Source: an uncultured Actinomycetes bacterium
GTDB lineage: Bacteria > Actinomycetota > Thermoleophilia > Solirubrobacterales > 70-9
DNA length: 64,000 nt
Direction of reading: 5' to 3'
NCBI GenBank assembly: GCA_963843315.1
Contig: CAWJJU010000002.1
Location: forward strand, 166,872-230,871
This document shows positions 8,935 through 19,413 of this stretch, one piece after another. Position 1 is the stretch's first letter; every line of letters begins with the position of its first letter. Under the pieces are notes generated by a model that was not told the origin of the DNA, did no database searches, and was given only the letters and a program-made list of their open reading frames with translations. The position numbers were made by a program, and so were the translations under genes.

Positions 8935-10127
8935 ATGGCCAGCAACGACAACACCAGCGGAGGCGACCTCGTCGCCCTGCCCGCCCGCCGGGGCGAGGAG
9001 CTGGACCTGGTCGTGGTCGGCGGCGGCATCGTCGGACTGGCGATCGCCTGGAGGGCCTCCCTTCGCGGACTGCGCGTGCGGGTGCTGGAGCGCGAGCGCC
9101 CCGGCGCGGGCGCGTCCGGTGTGGCCGCCGGGATGCTCGCCCCCGCCGGCGAGGCGAGCTGGGGCGAGGAGGCGCTGCTGGGGCTGGGGCTGCGCTCCGC
9201 CGAGGCCTGGCCGGAGTTCGCCACCGAGCTCGAGCGCTCGTCGGGCATGGAGGTGGGCTACCGCCGCTGCGGCGCCCTGCACGTGGCCGTCGACCCCGAC
9301 GAGGCCGCAGAGCTGCGCCGCCGCCACGAGCTGATGCGCGAGCAGGGCCTCGACGCCGAATGGATGCTGCCCAGCCGGGCGCGCGAGGCCGAGCCGGGGC
9401 TCGCGCCGGCCTGCGCCGGCGCGGTGCTCGCCCCGGGCGACGGAACCGTCGACCCTCAGGCTGCCCTCGACGCCCTGCACGCGGCGGTGATCGCCGAGGG
9501 GGGCGAGGTGATGGAGGGCAGTGAGGCCGTGCAGGCGATCATCGAGGGCCCTGCGCTTCGCGGCGTTCGAACCGCCGACGACACGATCCACCGCGCGCCG
9601 GCCACGGTGCTCGCGACCGGCTGCTGGTCGGGGGCGCTGGGCTGGCTGCCCGCCGAGGCCCGCCCGCCCGTGCGGCCGGTCAAGGGGCAGGTGCTGACCC
9701 TGCTCGGCTCGGCCGAGGAGCCCGCGTGCGAGCGCATCGTCGTCACCGAGCGCGTCTACCTGGTCCCGCGGGCCGACGGGCGCCTGATCGTCGGCGCGAC
9801 CGTGGAGGAGCGCGGCTTCGACCTGAGGGTCACCGCGGGCGGAGTGCACGAGCTGCTGCGCGAGGCCTACCGGGTGCTGCCCGACATCTCCGAGCTGGAG
9901 CTCACCGAGGCGCAGGCCGGGATGCGCCCGGGCACGCCCGACAACGCGCCCATCATCGGCGCGGGTGCCCTCGACGGCCTGTACGTGGCGACGGGGCATT
10001 TCCGCAACGGCGTCCTCCAGGCCCCGTTGACCGCCGAGGCCGGCGCTGCATGGGCGGCGGGAGACCCGCCGCCGCCGGGCCTCGAGGCCTTCGCGCCCAG
10101 CCGCTTCGCGCCGTCGGAGGCGACGCT

Positions 10128-10131
<4 letters not shown>
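8935..10131 (+). CDS. thiO: FAD-dependent glycine oxidase
   Basis: The ATG at 8935 follows an AAGGAGAG ribosome-binding site. DLVVVGGGIVGLAIAW is a dinucleotide-binding fold, and the gene sits in thiO-thiS-thiG context downstream of the TPP riboswitch. Confidence 0.85.
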
Positions 10132-11118
<987 letters not shown>

Positions 11119-11147
11119 AGATCGGCCGGTGCGGGTAGGGCACCGGA

Positions 11148-12791
11148 ATGGCTGATCTCGTCCTGGGCCCGATCCTGCGCCACGTGGGGGAGCACGACGC
11201 CACCGTCTGGGTGGAGACCGACGCCGAGTGCAAGGTGGAGGTTCTCGGGTGCACGGCGACGACCTTCTGCGTCGCGGGCCATCACTACGCCCTGGTCCTC
11301 GTGGACGGCCTGGATCCGAGGGCCCGCACGGAGTACGACGTGAAGCTCGACGGCGAGAGGCGCTGGCCCGAGGACGGCTCTGATCTCCCGGCGCCCGTAA
11401 TCAACACCCTCGACCCCGAGCGCCCGCTGCGGATTCTCTACGGCTCCTGCCGTGTCGCCCTCCCCCACGAGCCGCCCTACACGCTGGAGAAGGACGAGGA
11501 CGAGCGGGGTCGCGGGCACGACGCCCTGTGGGTGCTCGCGCAGGAGATGCTGGCCGACGCCGACCACCACTGGCCCGACCTGATGATGCTGCTGGGCGAC
11601 CAGGTGTATGCGGACGAGGTGTCGCCGGACACCAGGGAGTACATCGAGCGAACGCGTGGGACGGATACGCCGCCGGGCGAGGAGGTCGCCAACTTCGAGG
11701 AGTACACGCGGCTCTACCAGGAGTCCTGGGCCGACCCGCTGATCCGCTGGCTGCTCTCGACCGTGCCGTCGTGCATGGTCATCGACGACCACGACATGCG
11801 CGACGACTGGAACATCTCGGCCTCCTGGTGCGAGGACATCCAGAAGGAGGACTGGTGGGAGGAGCGGGTCCTCGGCGGGCTCGCCAGCTACTGGCTGTAC
11901 CAGCACCTCGGCAACCTCAGCCCCCGCGAGCTCGAGCGCAGCGAGCTGTACGAGCGCGTGCGCAGCGCGGAGGACGGGTTCGAGGAGCTGCGGCAGTTCG
12001 CCGCCGACGACGAGGGCCGTCACAGGGGCGTCCGCTGGAGCTACACCCGCGAACTGGGGCCGGCGAAGCTGATCGTTCTCGACGACCGCACGAGCAGGGT
12101 GCTGAAGGAGGGCGAACGGGAGATCATCGACTCGGAGACCTGGGCCTGGGTGGTCGAGGAGGCGAACGCCGACTTCGAGCACCTGGTCATCGGCGTCTCC
12201 GACCCGGCGATCATGACCCAGGGGCTGAGCTACATCGAGAACTGGGGCGAGGCCGTTTGCGAGGGCCGGTGGGGCAAGACGGCGGCGAGGCTGGGTGAGA
12301 AGCTGCGCCGGGGCGTCGACTTCGACCACTGGCCCGCGTTTCGCAAGTCGTTTCGCGGCCTGGCGGATCTGCTGCGCGACGTCGGCTCGCGTGGGAACGC
12401 CCCGGCCTCGATCACGCTTCTGTCGGGCGACGTCCACCACGCCTACCTGGCGCAGCTCGGCTTCCCCAAGGGGTGGGGGGTGAAGAGCGCGGTGCACCAG
12501 GCGGTGTGCTCGCCATTCCGAAACGCCCTGGACAGCCGCGAGCAGCGGGTCATCCGGCTGACCCGCACTCGGCCCGTCATCGGGCTGGCCCGATTCCTGG
12601 CACGGGCCGCCGGCGTCGGCGAACCGCCGTTCGGCTGGCGCTTCGTGCAGGGGCCCTTCTTCGACAACCAGGCCGGCACGCTGGTGCTCGACGGCCCCAG
12701 GGCGACCGCGGTGCTCGACAAGACGGTGAGCGACGACAGCGTCGACGGAGGCGCGCGACTCAAGCGCACCTACGAGCACCGCCTGGCCTAA
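11148..12791 (+). CDS. PhoD-like alkaline phosphatase / metallophosphoesterase family protein
   Basis: The 547-aa ORF contains ..LGDQVYADE.. and ..VIDDHDMRDDWNIS.., motifs of PhoD-type metallophosphatases. No obvious signal peptide. Confidence 0.6.
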   Translation: MADLVLGPILRHVGEHDATVWVETDAECKVEVLGCTATTFCVAGHHYALVLVDGLDPRARTEYDVKLDGERRWPEDGSDLPAPVINTLDPERPLRILYGSCRVALPHEPPYTLEKDEDERGRGHDALWVLAQEMLADADHHWPDLMMLLGDQVYADEVSPDTREYIERTRGTDTPPGEEVANFEEYTRLYQESWADPLIRWLLSTVPSCMVIDDHDMRDDWNISASWCEDIQKEDWWEERVLGGLASYWLYQHLGNLSPRELERSELYERVRSAEDGFEELRQFAADDEGRHRGVRWSYTRELGPAKLIVLDDRTSRVLKEGEREIIDSETWAWVVEEANADFEHLVIGVSDPAIMTQGLSYIENWGEAVCEGRWGKTAARLGEKLRRGVDFDHWPAFRKSFRGLADLLRDVGSRGNAPASITLLSGDVHHAYLAQLGFPKGWGVKSAVHQAVCSPFRNALDSREQRVIRLTRTRPVIGLARFLARAAGVGEPPFGWRFVQGPFFDNQAGTLVLDGPRATAVLDKTVSDDSVDGGARLKRTYEHRLA

Positions 12792-12820
12792 CCCCCGCCC
12801 ACCTAGCGCCCCCCCGCCCG

Positions 12821-12868
12821 ATGAACGTCCCTCACTGCCCTGCATAGGCATCAGTGCGGGACGTTCAT
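12821..12868 (+). repeat. 48-nt conserved stem-loop element, copy 1
   Basis: The sequence is ATGAACGTCCCTCACTGCCCTGCATAGGCATCAGTGCGGGACGTTCAT, with 11-bp terminal arms ATGAACGTCCC/GGGACGTTCAT. It lies between convergent genes. A second copy is at 43548-43595. Confidence 0.9.
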
Positions 12869-12915
12869 GTGGTGCGGCCATTCTTCCCCGAGCCGCCCTG
12901 CTCGTCAGCCGGCGG

Positions 12916-13490
12916 TCAGTGGCCGAGCAGGACCGAGACGGTCTCGTCCTGAGAGTTCGGGACCACGAGATCGACCTTGCGGTCGCCGTTGAGGTTTCCC
13001 TGCGCGATCCCGTAGGGCTGATCGCCGACGTCGAAGGTGATCGGCTTCGCCAGCTTTCCGCCTCGCTTGCCGCGAACGACCGAGACGGTGCCGACGGGCC
13101 CGAACGCGTCGGAGGCGGCAAAGTCGAGATGGCTGTCGTGGTTGTAGTCGATTGGGACCACGGTTGCCGGAGTAGTCGGCGAGGACGAGGTCGGGGCGAG
13201 AATCGGAGTCGACCTTCGCGATGCAGAGGTTGTTCAGCCCCACTCCGGCCGGCTTGAACTTCGGCGCCTTGAACTTTCCGTTGCCCTTGCCGTAGAGGAC
13301 CGCGACGCGGTACGGCGAGTCGACGACACCGGCCAGGTCGACCTTCCCGTCGCCGTTGAGGTCGCCGGAGTCGATGCCGAAAACGTCGCTCAGCCCATGG
13401 ATGTCGTGCGGCGCAGCGAGGTGGCACGGCAACGGCAGCTGCCGCCGTTACCACCGCGATTCCCGCTCGACGTGTCCTCCCCGACACCAT
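12916..13490 (-). pseudogene. FG-GAP/VCBS repeat secreted protein split over three frames by two +1 breaks
   Basis: Signal-like start MVSGRTRRAGIAVVTAAAAVA at 13490. Frame 2 follows with ..GIDSGDLNGDGKVDLAGVV..DSDSRPDLVLADYSGN, then frame 3 with VVPIDYNHDSHLDFAASD..GNLNGDRKVDLVVPN. The length is 575 nt, which is 3n+2. Confidence 0.6.
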
Positions 13491-13500
13491 CGCAGCAAAG

Positions 13501-14949
13501 TCATTGCTGATCGCGGCTGACCTGGGCGGGGTCGATGTCGTCGCGAAGGCCCTTGAAGGAAGGCGCGCGCAGGGTCCCTGCCTGGGTCCACTCGCGGAAC
13601 TCGACGGTGGCGACCAGGGTTGGCTCGACGAAGATCGCCTCCTTCGGAGGCTTGCGGCCGGTGAAAGGGCTGGCGGCGGTCTCCAGGGGCTTCAGCATCC
13701 GCATGAGGTCGGCGAGGGTGGCGGCGTTGAAGCCGGTGCCAACCCGGCCGGCGTAGCGGAGGCCCTCGTCGCCGGGCTCGGCGTGATAGCCGACGGCCAG
13801 GGCGCCGAGCGTGTTGGCGCGCCCGCCCTGACCCGGAAGCCAGCCGCCGATCACCATCTCGGCAGTCGTGACGTTCTTGACCTTGATCCAGGACTTCGAG
13901 CGGCCGCCGGGGACGTAGCGGGAGTCCAGCCGCTTGGCGACCAGGCCTTCGAGGTCGCGGGCGCGGGTGAGCTCCAGAAGCGAGCCGCCGTCGCCCAGGT
14001 GGTTGGCGGGAACCTGGAGGCTCTCGTGGCGGAGGTCGAGCGACTCGAGCGCTTCGCGGCGCTCGGTGTAAGGCTTCTCCATGAGGCTGTGGCCCTCGGC
14101 GTAGAGGACGTCGAAGATCATGTAGCTGACGGGCGTGTCCGCCATTCGGCGCCGCACCGCGCTCTCCGAGCCCAGGTGCATCCGCCGCTGCAGGCGCTGG
14201 AAGTCGGGGCGGCCCTTCTCGTCGAAGGCGACGACCTCGCCGTCGAGGATGGCCTCGCGCGAGCCCATCGCCTCACGCAGCGCGCGGGTGACCTCCGGGT
14301 ACTGCGAGGTGATGTCGCGGAGGTTGCGACTCTCCAGGCGGATGTGGCCGGGCTCGCAGTAGGCAAGCGCGCGGACGCCGTCCCACTTCAGCTCGAAGGC
14401 CCACCCCGACTCGTCGCGAGGGACCTTGCCGAGAACGGCGAGCATTGGCTTGACCGCGCTCGGCATCGACTCGCGCCCCGGGTCCTGGGGCGGGTCCATG
14501 CGGTGGATCATCCAGTTCCTGCCCTTCGTCGGGAAGAGGGCGTAGCGGCCCCTCACGCGCTCGCCGAGAAGAGCGACCTCGATCTTGCGGTCCTCCCACT
14601 TCTCGACGGCGTAGACGCCGGAGTCCCAGATCGTCATGGAGCCGGCTCCGTACTGGCCCGCGGGGATCTCACCGTGGAAGCCGATGTACTCGAGGGGGTG
14701 ATCCTCGGTGCGGACCGCGAGGCGATTGTCCTTGGGCGCGGGCGGGAGGCCGCGAGGCAGGGCAAAGGAGACGAGCACCCCGTCGCGCTCCAGGCGCAGG
14801 TCCCAGTGAAGGCGGCGGGCGTGGTGCTCCTGGATGACGAAGCGCGAGATCTCGGCGTCGTCCTCGCCGGCGCCCTCGCCCCCCTTCGGCTCGGGCGTCT
14901 TCGCAAACGACCGCTTGGACTCGTACTCCTCGAGCTTGCGCTTGGGCAT
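13501..14949 (-). CDS. ligD: ATP-dependent DNA ligase LigD with phosphoesterase and ligase domains and no polymerase domain
   Basis: The N-terminus FVIQEHHARRLHWDLRLE..LAVRTEDHPLEY is the 3'-phosphoesterase domain. It is followed by ..FELKWDGVRAL (ligase motif I, KxDG)..EGLVAKR..WIKVK. Confidence 0.88.
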   Translation of the reverse strand: MPKRKLEEYESKRSFAKTPEPKGGEGAGEDDAEISRFVIQEHHARRLHWDLRLERDGVLVSFALPRGLPPAPKDNRLAVRTEDHPLEYIGFHGEIPAGQYGAGSMTIWDSGVYAVEKWEDRKIEVALLGERVRGRYALFPTKGRNWMIHRMDPPQDPGRESMPSAVKPMLAVLGKVPRDESGWAFELKWDGVRALAYCEPGHIRLESRNLRDITSQYPEVTRALREAMGSREAILDGEVVAFDEKGRPDFQRLQRRMHLGSESAVRRRMADTPVSYMIFDVLYAEGHSLMEKPYTERREALESLDLRHESLQVPANHLGDGGSLLELTRARDLEGLVAKRLDSRYVPGGRSKSWIKVKNVTTAEMVIGGWLPGQGGRANTLGALAVGYHAEPGDEGLRYAGRVGTGFNAATLADLMRMLKPLETAASPFTGRKPPKEAIFVEPTLVATVEFREWTQAGTLRAPSFKGLRDDIDPAQVSRDQQ

Positions 14950-15006
14950 CTCCGCCGAAGGCTAGAGGCGGCAACCGAACGGCGGCCGGGGCCGTAGTAA
15001 GGGGCG

Positions 15007-15180
15007 ATGATCGCGCTTCTGTTTGCCTGGCCCTCGGGAATGATCGCCGGCGGCCTCTCCTATGCAACGGGCATACGCAGTCACCGCCGGGCCCTTCGAA
15101 TCGCCGGGGCCGCACTGATGCTCGTACCACCCGCGGCACTGCTCGCCGTCGCAACGTTCTGGGGTATCGGAAGCCACTGA
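15007..15180 (+). CDS. Possible small (57 aa) two-TM membrane protein
   Basis: My own translation is MIALLFAWPSGMIAGGLSYATGIRSHRRALRIAGAALMLVPPAALLAVATFWGIGSH. It is below the ORF-track size cut-off, and the only support is the open frame and its hydrophobicity. Confidence 0.25.
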   Translation: MIALLFAWPSGMIAGGLSYATGIRSHRRALRIAGAALMLVPPAALLAVATFWGIGSH

Positions 15181-15197
15181 CCGCGTCCGACAGGTAT

Positions 15198-15213
15198 ACG
15201 AACATATGTTCGT
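15198..15213. promoter_or_regulatory. Perfect LexA SOS (Cheo) box ACGAACATATGTTCGT overlapping the start codon of the HTH/HNH gene
   Basis: A 16-bp perfect palindrome containing CGAAC-N4-GTTCG, the Gram-positive/actinobacterial LexA operator consensus. The ATG at 15206 lies at its centre. Confidence 0.75.
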
Positions 15214-16108
15214 GCCGGGAGCAAAGGTCCACGAACGCGGAAGGGCACGTGAGCTCCGCGCCGAGGGGCAATCCCTCCGCCGGATCGCGCAAGAGCTCGG
15301 TGTTGCCCTGAGCTCAGTGAGCGTCTGGGTGCGGGATGTGGAGCGCCCGGTCGCCGAAGCCGCACCTCGAGCGTTGCTGCGATTGCCCGTGCTGAGGCCC
15401 ACCGCCTTTCGGACCTGCGGGAGCTGCAGGACGCTCCTCCCGATCACGAGGTTCAACCGAAACAAGGGCGGCTATCAGCATTGGTGCCGAGAGTGCTATG
15501 CCGCGTACTTCAAGGCGCGCGGTCAACTACATCGGGACCAGGTCCAGCGGGCGAAGGCAAAGCGGCGAGTCGAAGCCAGGAAGTTGGTAACGAGTCATCT
15601 GACGAGTCACCCATGTCAGGACTGCGGTGAATCCGACCCCCGGGTGCTCGAGTTCGACCACGTCGGGATCAAGGCAAGGGAGATCTCCCTCATGGTCGTC
15701 GACGGTGCAAGTTGCCGGGCTATCCGGCGTGAGATTGCTCAATGCGAGGTCGTGTGCGTCAACTGCCATCGCAAGCGGACCTACGAGCGCCTCGGCTCGT
15801 GGCGAGTTAACCCGAGTGTGCTCGATGCCCATCCACGCGTGCTGGACGGCCGGGCAAGAAACATGCTGTTCGTCCGCGACCTGCTGCTCGAGTCGGAGTG
15901 TGTGGACTGCAACACCCGAGAGCTTTCCGTTCTCGAATTCGATCACGTTCGCGGCAAGAAGCTGGCGAATATCACGGCCCTTACCCGAATGGGTCACAGC
16001 CTCTCCCGACTCCAGGCTGAGATCTCCAAATGCGAGGTTCGGTGCGCGAATTGCCACCGGCGCCGCACGCGCGCCACGCCTGCTCAACTGAGCTTGGACG
16101 CCGCGTAA
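15206..16108 (+). CDS. HTH-containing protein with two tandem HNH-type zinc/nuclease modules
   Basis: N-terminal HTH (RARELRAEGQSLRRIAQELGVALSSVSVWV). Two repeats of C-x2-C..VLEFDHV..(Q/K)CEV(V/R)C(V/A)NCHR(K/R)RT follow. Confidence 0.7.
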   Translation: MFVPGAKVHERGRARELRAEGQSLRRIAQELGVALSSVSVWVRDVERPVAEAAPRALLRLPVLRPTAFRTCGSCRTLLPITRFNRNKGGYQHWCRECYAAYFKARGQLHRDQVQRAKAKRRVEARKLVTSHLTSHPCQDCGESDPRVLEFDHVGIKAREISLMVVDGASCRAIRREIAQCEVVCVNCHRKRTYERLGSWRVNPSVLDAHPRVLDGRARNMLFVRDLLLESECVDCNTRELSVLEFDHVRGKKLANITALTRMGHSLSRLQAEISKCEVRCANCHRRRTRATPAQLSLDAA

Positions 16109-16117
16109 GCTGCCTGA

Positions 16118-16189
16118 GCCCCCGTAGCTCAGTGGTAGAGCAGTCGGCTTTTAACCGATCGCGCGCCAGTTCGATCCTGGCCGGGGGCA
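16118..16189 (+). tRNA. tRNA-Lys (anticodon UUU)
   Basis: Folded by hand: acceptor GCCCCCG/CGGGGGC, D arm GCTC/GAGC, anticodon stem GTCGG/CCGAT with loop CTTTTAA, T arm GCCAG/CTGGC with loop TTCGATC. It is 72 nt and CCA is not encoded. Confidence 0.93.
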
Positions 16190-16202
16190 TGTCGCACCGC
16201 CG

Positions 16203-17687
16203 ATGCGAAAGACTGCGGCCGTGGCAGAGAGTGGAAGGAGCCAGTCTCGGGGCATCACCCGACGGGGGCTCGTCGGGAGTGCCGCCGCGGGGACCGCGGG
16301 GCTCGCGCTCGGCGGGCTGCCGGGCGTCGCCTCTGCCGCCGGCCGAAGCGTCGACTGCATCGTCGTCGGCGCCGGGCTGGCCGGCCTGTCGGCGGCAACG
16401 GAGCTGAAGCGGGCGGGGAGGTCGTTCGTGGTGCTCGAGGCGCGCGACCGCGTCGGCGGGCGCACCCTCAACCACCACCTGGGCCACGGCAGGGTGGTCG
16501 AGATCGGCGGGCAGTGGGTCGGGCCGACGCAGAACTACGTGCTGCGGGAGATCAACCGCCAGGGCCTGAAGACCTTCAAGACGTTCGCGGACGGCGACAA
16601 CGTCTACTACCGCAACGGAACCCGCCAGACCTACACGGGGACGATCCCGCCGGCCAACGTCGCCTCCCTGATCGAGCTGCAGACGATCATCACCGAGATG
16701 GACAACATGGCGGCGACCATCGATCCCGCCAAGCCGTGGAAGGCCGCCAGCGCCCAGGACTGGGACGGCCAGACCTTTGAGACCTGGAAGCAGGGGCACG
16801 GCCTGGCACCCGAGACCCGCGACCTCGTCGACCTCGCGATCGAGTCGGTCTTCGCCGCAGAGCCGCGCGACCTCTCGCTCCTACACGTCCTCTTCTACAT
16901 CCGCGCGGCCGGGAGCTTCGAGAACCTGATCAACACCGGCGGCGGCGCCCAGGACAGCCGCGTCGTCGGGGGCTCCCAGGAGATCTCGATCCGCATGGCG
17001 CGCAGGCTCGGTGGCAGCGTCGTCCTCGGCGCGCCGGTCCACCGCATCGAGCACCACAACCGGAGCGTCGAGATCCGCACCGCCAAGGGCACCTTCACCG
17101 CCCGGCGCGTCATCGTCGCCGTGCCCCCCACCCTCGCCGGTCGCATCCGCTACTCGCCCGACCTCCCCGCCAAGCGCGACCAGCTGATGCAGCGGGTCCC
17201 GATGGGCACGGTCATGAAGTGCCTGGCGATCTACGACAAGCCGTTCTGGCGTGACGATGGCCTGAGCGGCATGGCGACCAGCACCAACGGCCCCATCAAG
17301 CTCACCTTCGACAACTCTCCGCCCGGCGGCAAGCCGGGCATCCTTCTCGGCTTCATCGAGGGCCAGGAGGCGCGCGACCTGCTGGGCGCCCCGCGCGCCA
17401 AGCGCCGCAAGAAGGTGCTCGACGCGATGGCCCGCTTCTTCGGCGAGAGGGTCCACCACACCGTCGACTACGCCGAGAAGAGCTGGGCGGAGGATCCCTG
17501 GACTCGGGGCTGCTACGTCGGCTACTACCCGCCCGGCGTGCTCACCGGCTACCGCAACGCCATCAACGCCCCGACCGGCGTGATCCACTGGGCCGGGACC
17601 GAGACGGCCAGCGAGTGGAACGGATACATGGACGGCGCCCTGCAGTCGGGAGAGCGGGCCGCCGGGGAAGTCCTGTCGAAGCTCTGA
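16203..17687 (+). CDS. Flavin-containing amine oxidase (MAO-like) with a Tat-type signal
   Basis: Tat-like RRGLVGSAAAGTAGLALGG, then DCIVVGAGLAGLSAATEL..VLEARDRVGGR (FAD fold), with a C-terminus typical of monoamine oxidases (..WAGTETASEWNGYMDGALQSGERAA). Confidence 0.8.
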   Translation: MRKTAAVAESGRSQSRGITRRGLVGSAAAGTAGLALGGLPGVASAAGRSVDCIVVGAGLAGLSAATELKRAGRSFVVLEARDRVGGRTLNHHLGHGRVVEIGGQWVGPTQNYVLREINRQGLKTFKTFADGDNVYYRNGTRQTYTGTIPPANVASLIELQTIITEMDNMAATIDPAKPWKAASAQDWDGQTFETWKQGHGLAPETRDLVDLAIESVFAAEPRDLSLLHVLFYIRAAGSFENLINTGGGAQDSRVVGGSQEISIRMARRLGGSVVLGAPVHRIEHHNRSVEIRTAKGTFTARRVIVAVPPTLAGRIRYSPDLPAKRDQLMQRVPMGTVMKCLAIYDKPFWRDDGLSGMATSTNGPIKLTFDNSPPGGKPGILLGFIEGQEARDLLGAPRAKRRKKVLDAMARFFGERVHHTVDYAEKSWAEDPWTRGCYVGYYPPGVLTGYRNAINAPTGVIHWAGTETASEWNGYMDGALQSGERAAGEVLSKL

Positions 17688-19231
17688 AGCGCCTCGTCCG
17701 CACCGCAGCCCTCGCCGCCGCGCTGACCGCGGCAGCCCTCGCCGCGCCGCCTGCTGGCGGTCAGACCCCGTCCGCCCAGGCCAAGCCCAAGGGCTGCGCC
17801 TCCACCAACGCCAGGACCCACCTCCCCCCGATCAAGGCCCTCGACCCCAAGCCGGGAGCCCCACGCGTCTTCGCGATGCAGTTCAAGCAGGAGCTGCGAA
17901 ACGTCACCACCTACGCGACCTTCCGGCACAAGATCGACTGCATGATCCGCGAGTACGTCGTGCCGGACATGGCGAAGCACCGCCCGAACGTGGTCGTCTT
18001 CAACGAGGACGTCGGCCTGATGACCCTCGGCACCGGCACCCGCGGCGACGCGGCCAGGTCGATCTTCCAGGACCCGAGCACCGTGCCCGGGTGCACCCCC
18101 GCCGGCGCTCCCTGCGGAGCCATCGGCGCCCTGGTCGCAATCGGCGGCGCCTACGCCCCGCAGGTGGCCGAGTACCAGTCCCGCTTCCCCGGGATGGGCC
18201 CGTTCGTCTCCGACTTCATCGGTCCCACCGACACCCTCGCCCGCGGCTGGATGCAGACCTTCTCCAACATGGCCCGCCGCTACGGCATCTACGTCGCCGG
18301 CTCTTCCACCCAGGCGCCCTTCAAGGAGTCCCGCAAGCCCGCCGACATCGCCCTCTTCGCCGACCCCGACCTGCCCAAACAGCCCAAGTCCGTATACGTC
18401 GCCACCCAGGGCGCGATCTACAACACGGCCTTCCTCTGGGGCCCGAAGACGATCCGCCCGCACGCCCCCAAGCCGCTGCGAAACGTGGTGCTGGAGAACC
18501 GGAAGGTGCCCGTGACCCCCATCGAGACCGCCCTCGGCGTCTCCAACGGCCCAGCGAGCGGCAGGGCCGCGAAGGACAACCTGCGCCCCTTCCACCTCCC
18601 GGGCACGAAGGCGCGGCTCGGCTTCGCCACCAGCCTGCCCGCATTCCAGTTCGGCAACGACCTCGGCGACCCGAAACCCGCCCACCCCTGCGCCGACGTC
18701 ACCGTCAGCTACATGAACTGCCTGTCGAGCCTGGGAACCAACGTCGTCCTCCAGGACGAGGCCAACCCGGGCCGCTGGGCGGCCAACGGCGGCGGCGGCT
18801 TCTGGCAGCCCCTGGAATGGATGGGCTCGACCTGGCGCTCGGTAGCGGATCGCTCGGTGGGGTTCGACTACAACGTCACGCCGATGATGACCGGCAACCT
18901 CGCCGATCTCCCCTTCGACGGCCAGAGCGCGATCACCCAGCGCGGCGGCGCCCGAACCGCCGGCTGCCACTACGCCGGCAACCGCCGCCTGCACCCCACC
19001 GCACCGAATCCCGATCCCGCCTACGCAAAGCCCTACGCGGGGGCGAAGCGCCAGTTCCTCGCCCTCGCCCCCTGGGCCACCGCGAACGCGCCGCGACCGC
19101 AGCTACGCGCCACCGGCGCCAAGCTCGACTCGGGGTCAGGAGATCCGCTGGAGAACGACTACGTCGAGACGGCGCTCGTCGCGGACCTGCCCTTCCCGGT
19201 CGACCGCTCGCGCCCGGGCTGCGCGCGCTAG
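17615..19231 (+). CDS. Secreted carbon-nitrogen hydrolase (nitrilase-superfamily)-like protein; start uncertain
   Basis: Signal-like KRLVRTAALAAALTAAALAAPPAGG, then ..RPNVVVFNEDVGL.. (possible catalytic Glu region). The only ATG/GTG/TTG start in frame is the GTG at 17615, which overlaps the amine oxidase gene by 73 nt. A CTG at 17683 or a frame error is also possible. Confidence 0.5.
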   Translation: MERIHGRRPAVGRAGRRGSPVEALKRLVRTAALAAALTAAALAAPPAGGQTPSAQAKPKGCASTNARTHLPPIKALDPKPGAPRVFAMQFKQELRNVTTYATFRHKIDCMIREYVVPDMAKHRPNVVVFNEDVGLMTLGTGTRGDAARSIFQDPSTVPGCTPAGAPCGAIGALVAIGGAYAPQVAEYQSRFPGMGPFVSDFIGPTDTLARGWMQTFSNMARRYGIYVAGSSTQAPFKESRKPADIALFADPDLPKQPKSVYVATQGAIYNTAFLWGPKTIRPHAPKPLRNVVLENRKVPVTPIETALGVSNGPASGRAAKDNLRPFHLPGTKARLGFATSLPAFQFGNDLGDPKPAHPCADVTVSYMNCLSSLGTNVVLQDEANPGRWAANGGGGFWQPLEWMGSTWRSVADRSVGFDYNVTPMMTGNLADLPFDGQSAITQRGGARTAGCHYAGNRRLHPTAPNPDPAYAKPYAGAKRQFLALAPWATANAPRPQLRATGAKLDSGSGDPLENDYVETALVADLPFPVDRSRPGCAR

Positions 19232-19413
19232 GCCTCACCTCGGATTTGTAGCCACCCGCACTAATGCCCACAGAGGACTAGTGTGCTTGGTGGAGCGACC
19301 GCGCCGCCGTCGGGCAGACCCCACGGTTCCCCGCGGCCGCTTCGACTCAGGGATGCCCAACTTGGGAGCGACTTGCTCCACCGGGGGCAGCCCACAATGG
19401 AAGGAAGTGGCTG

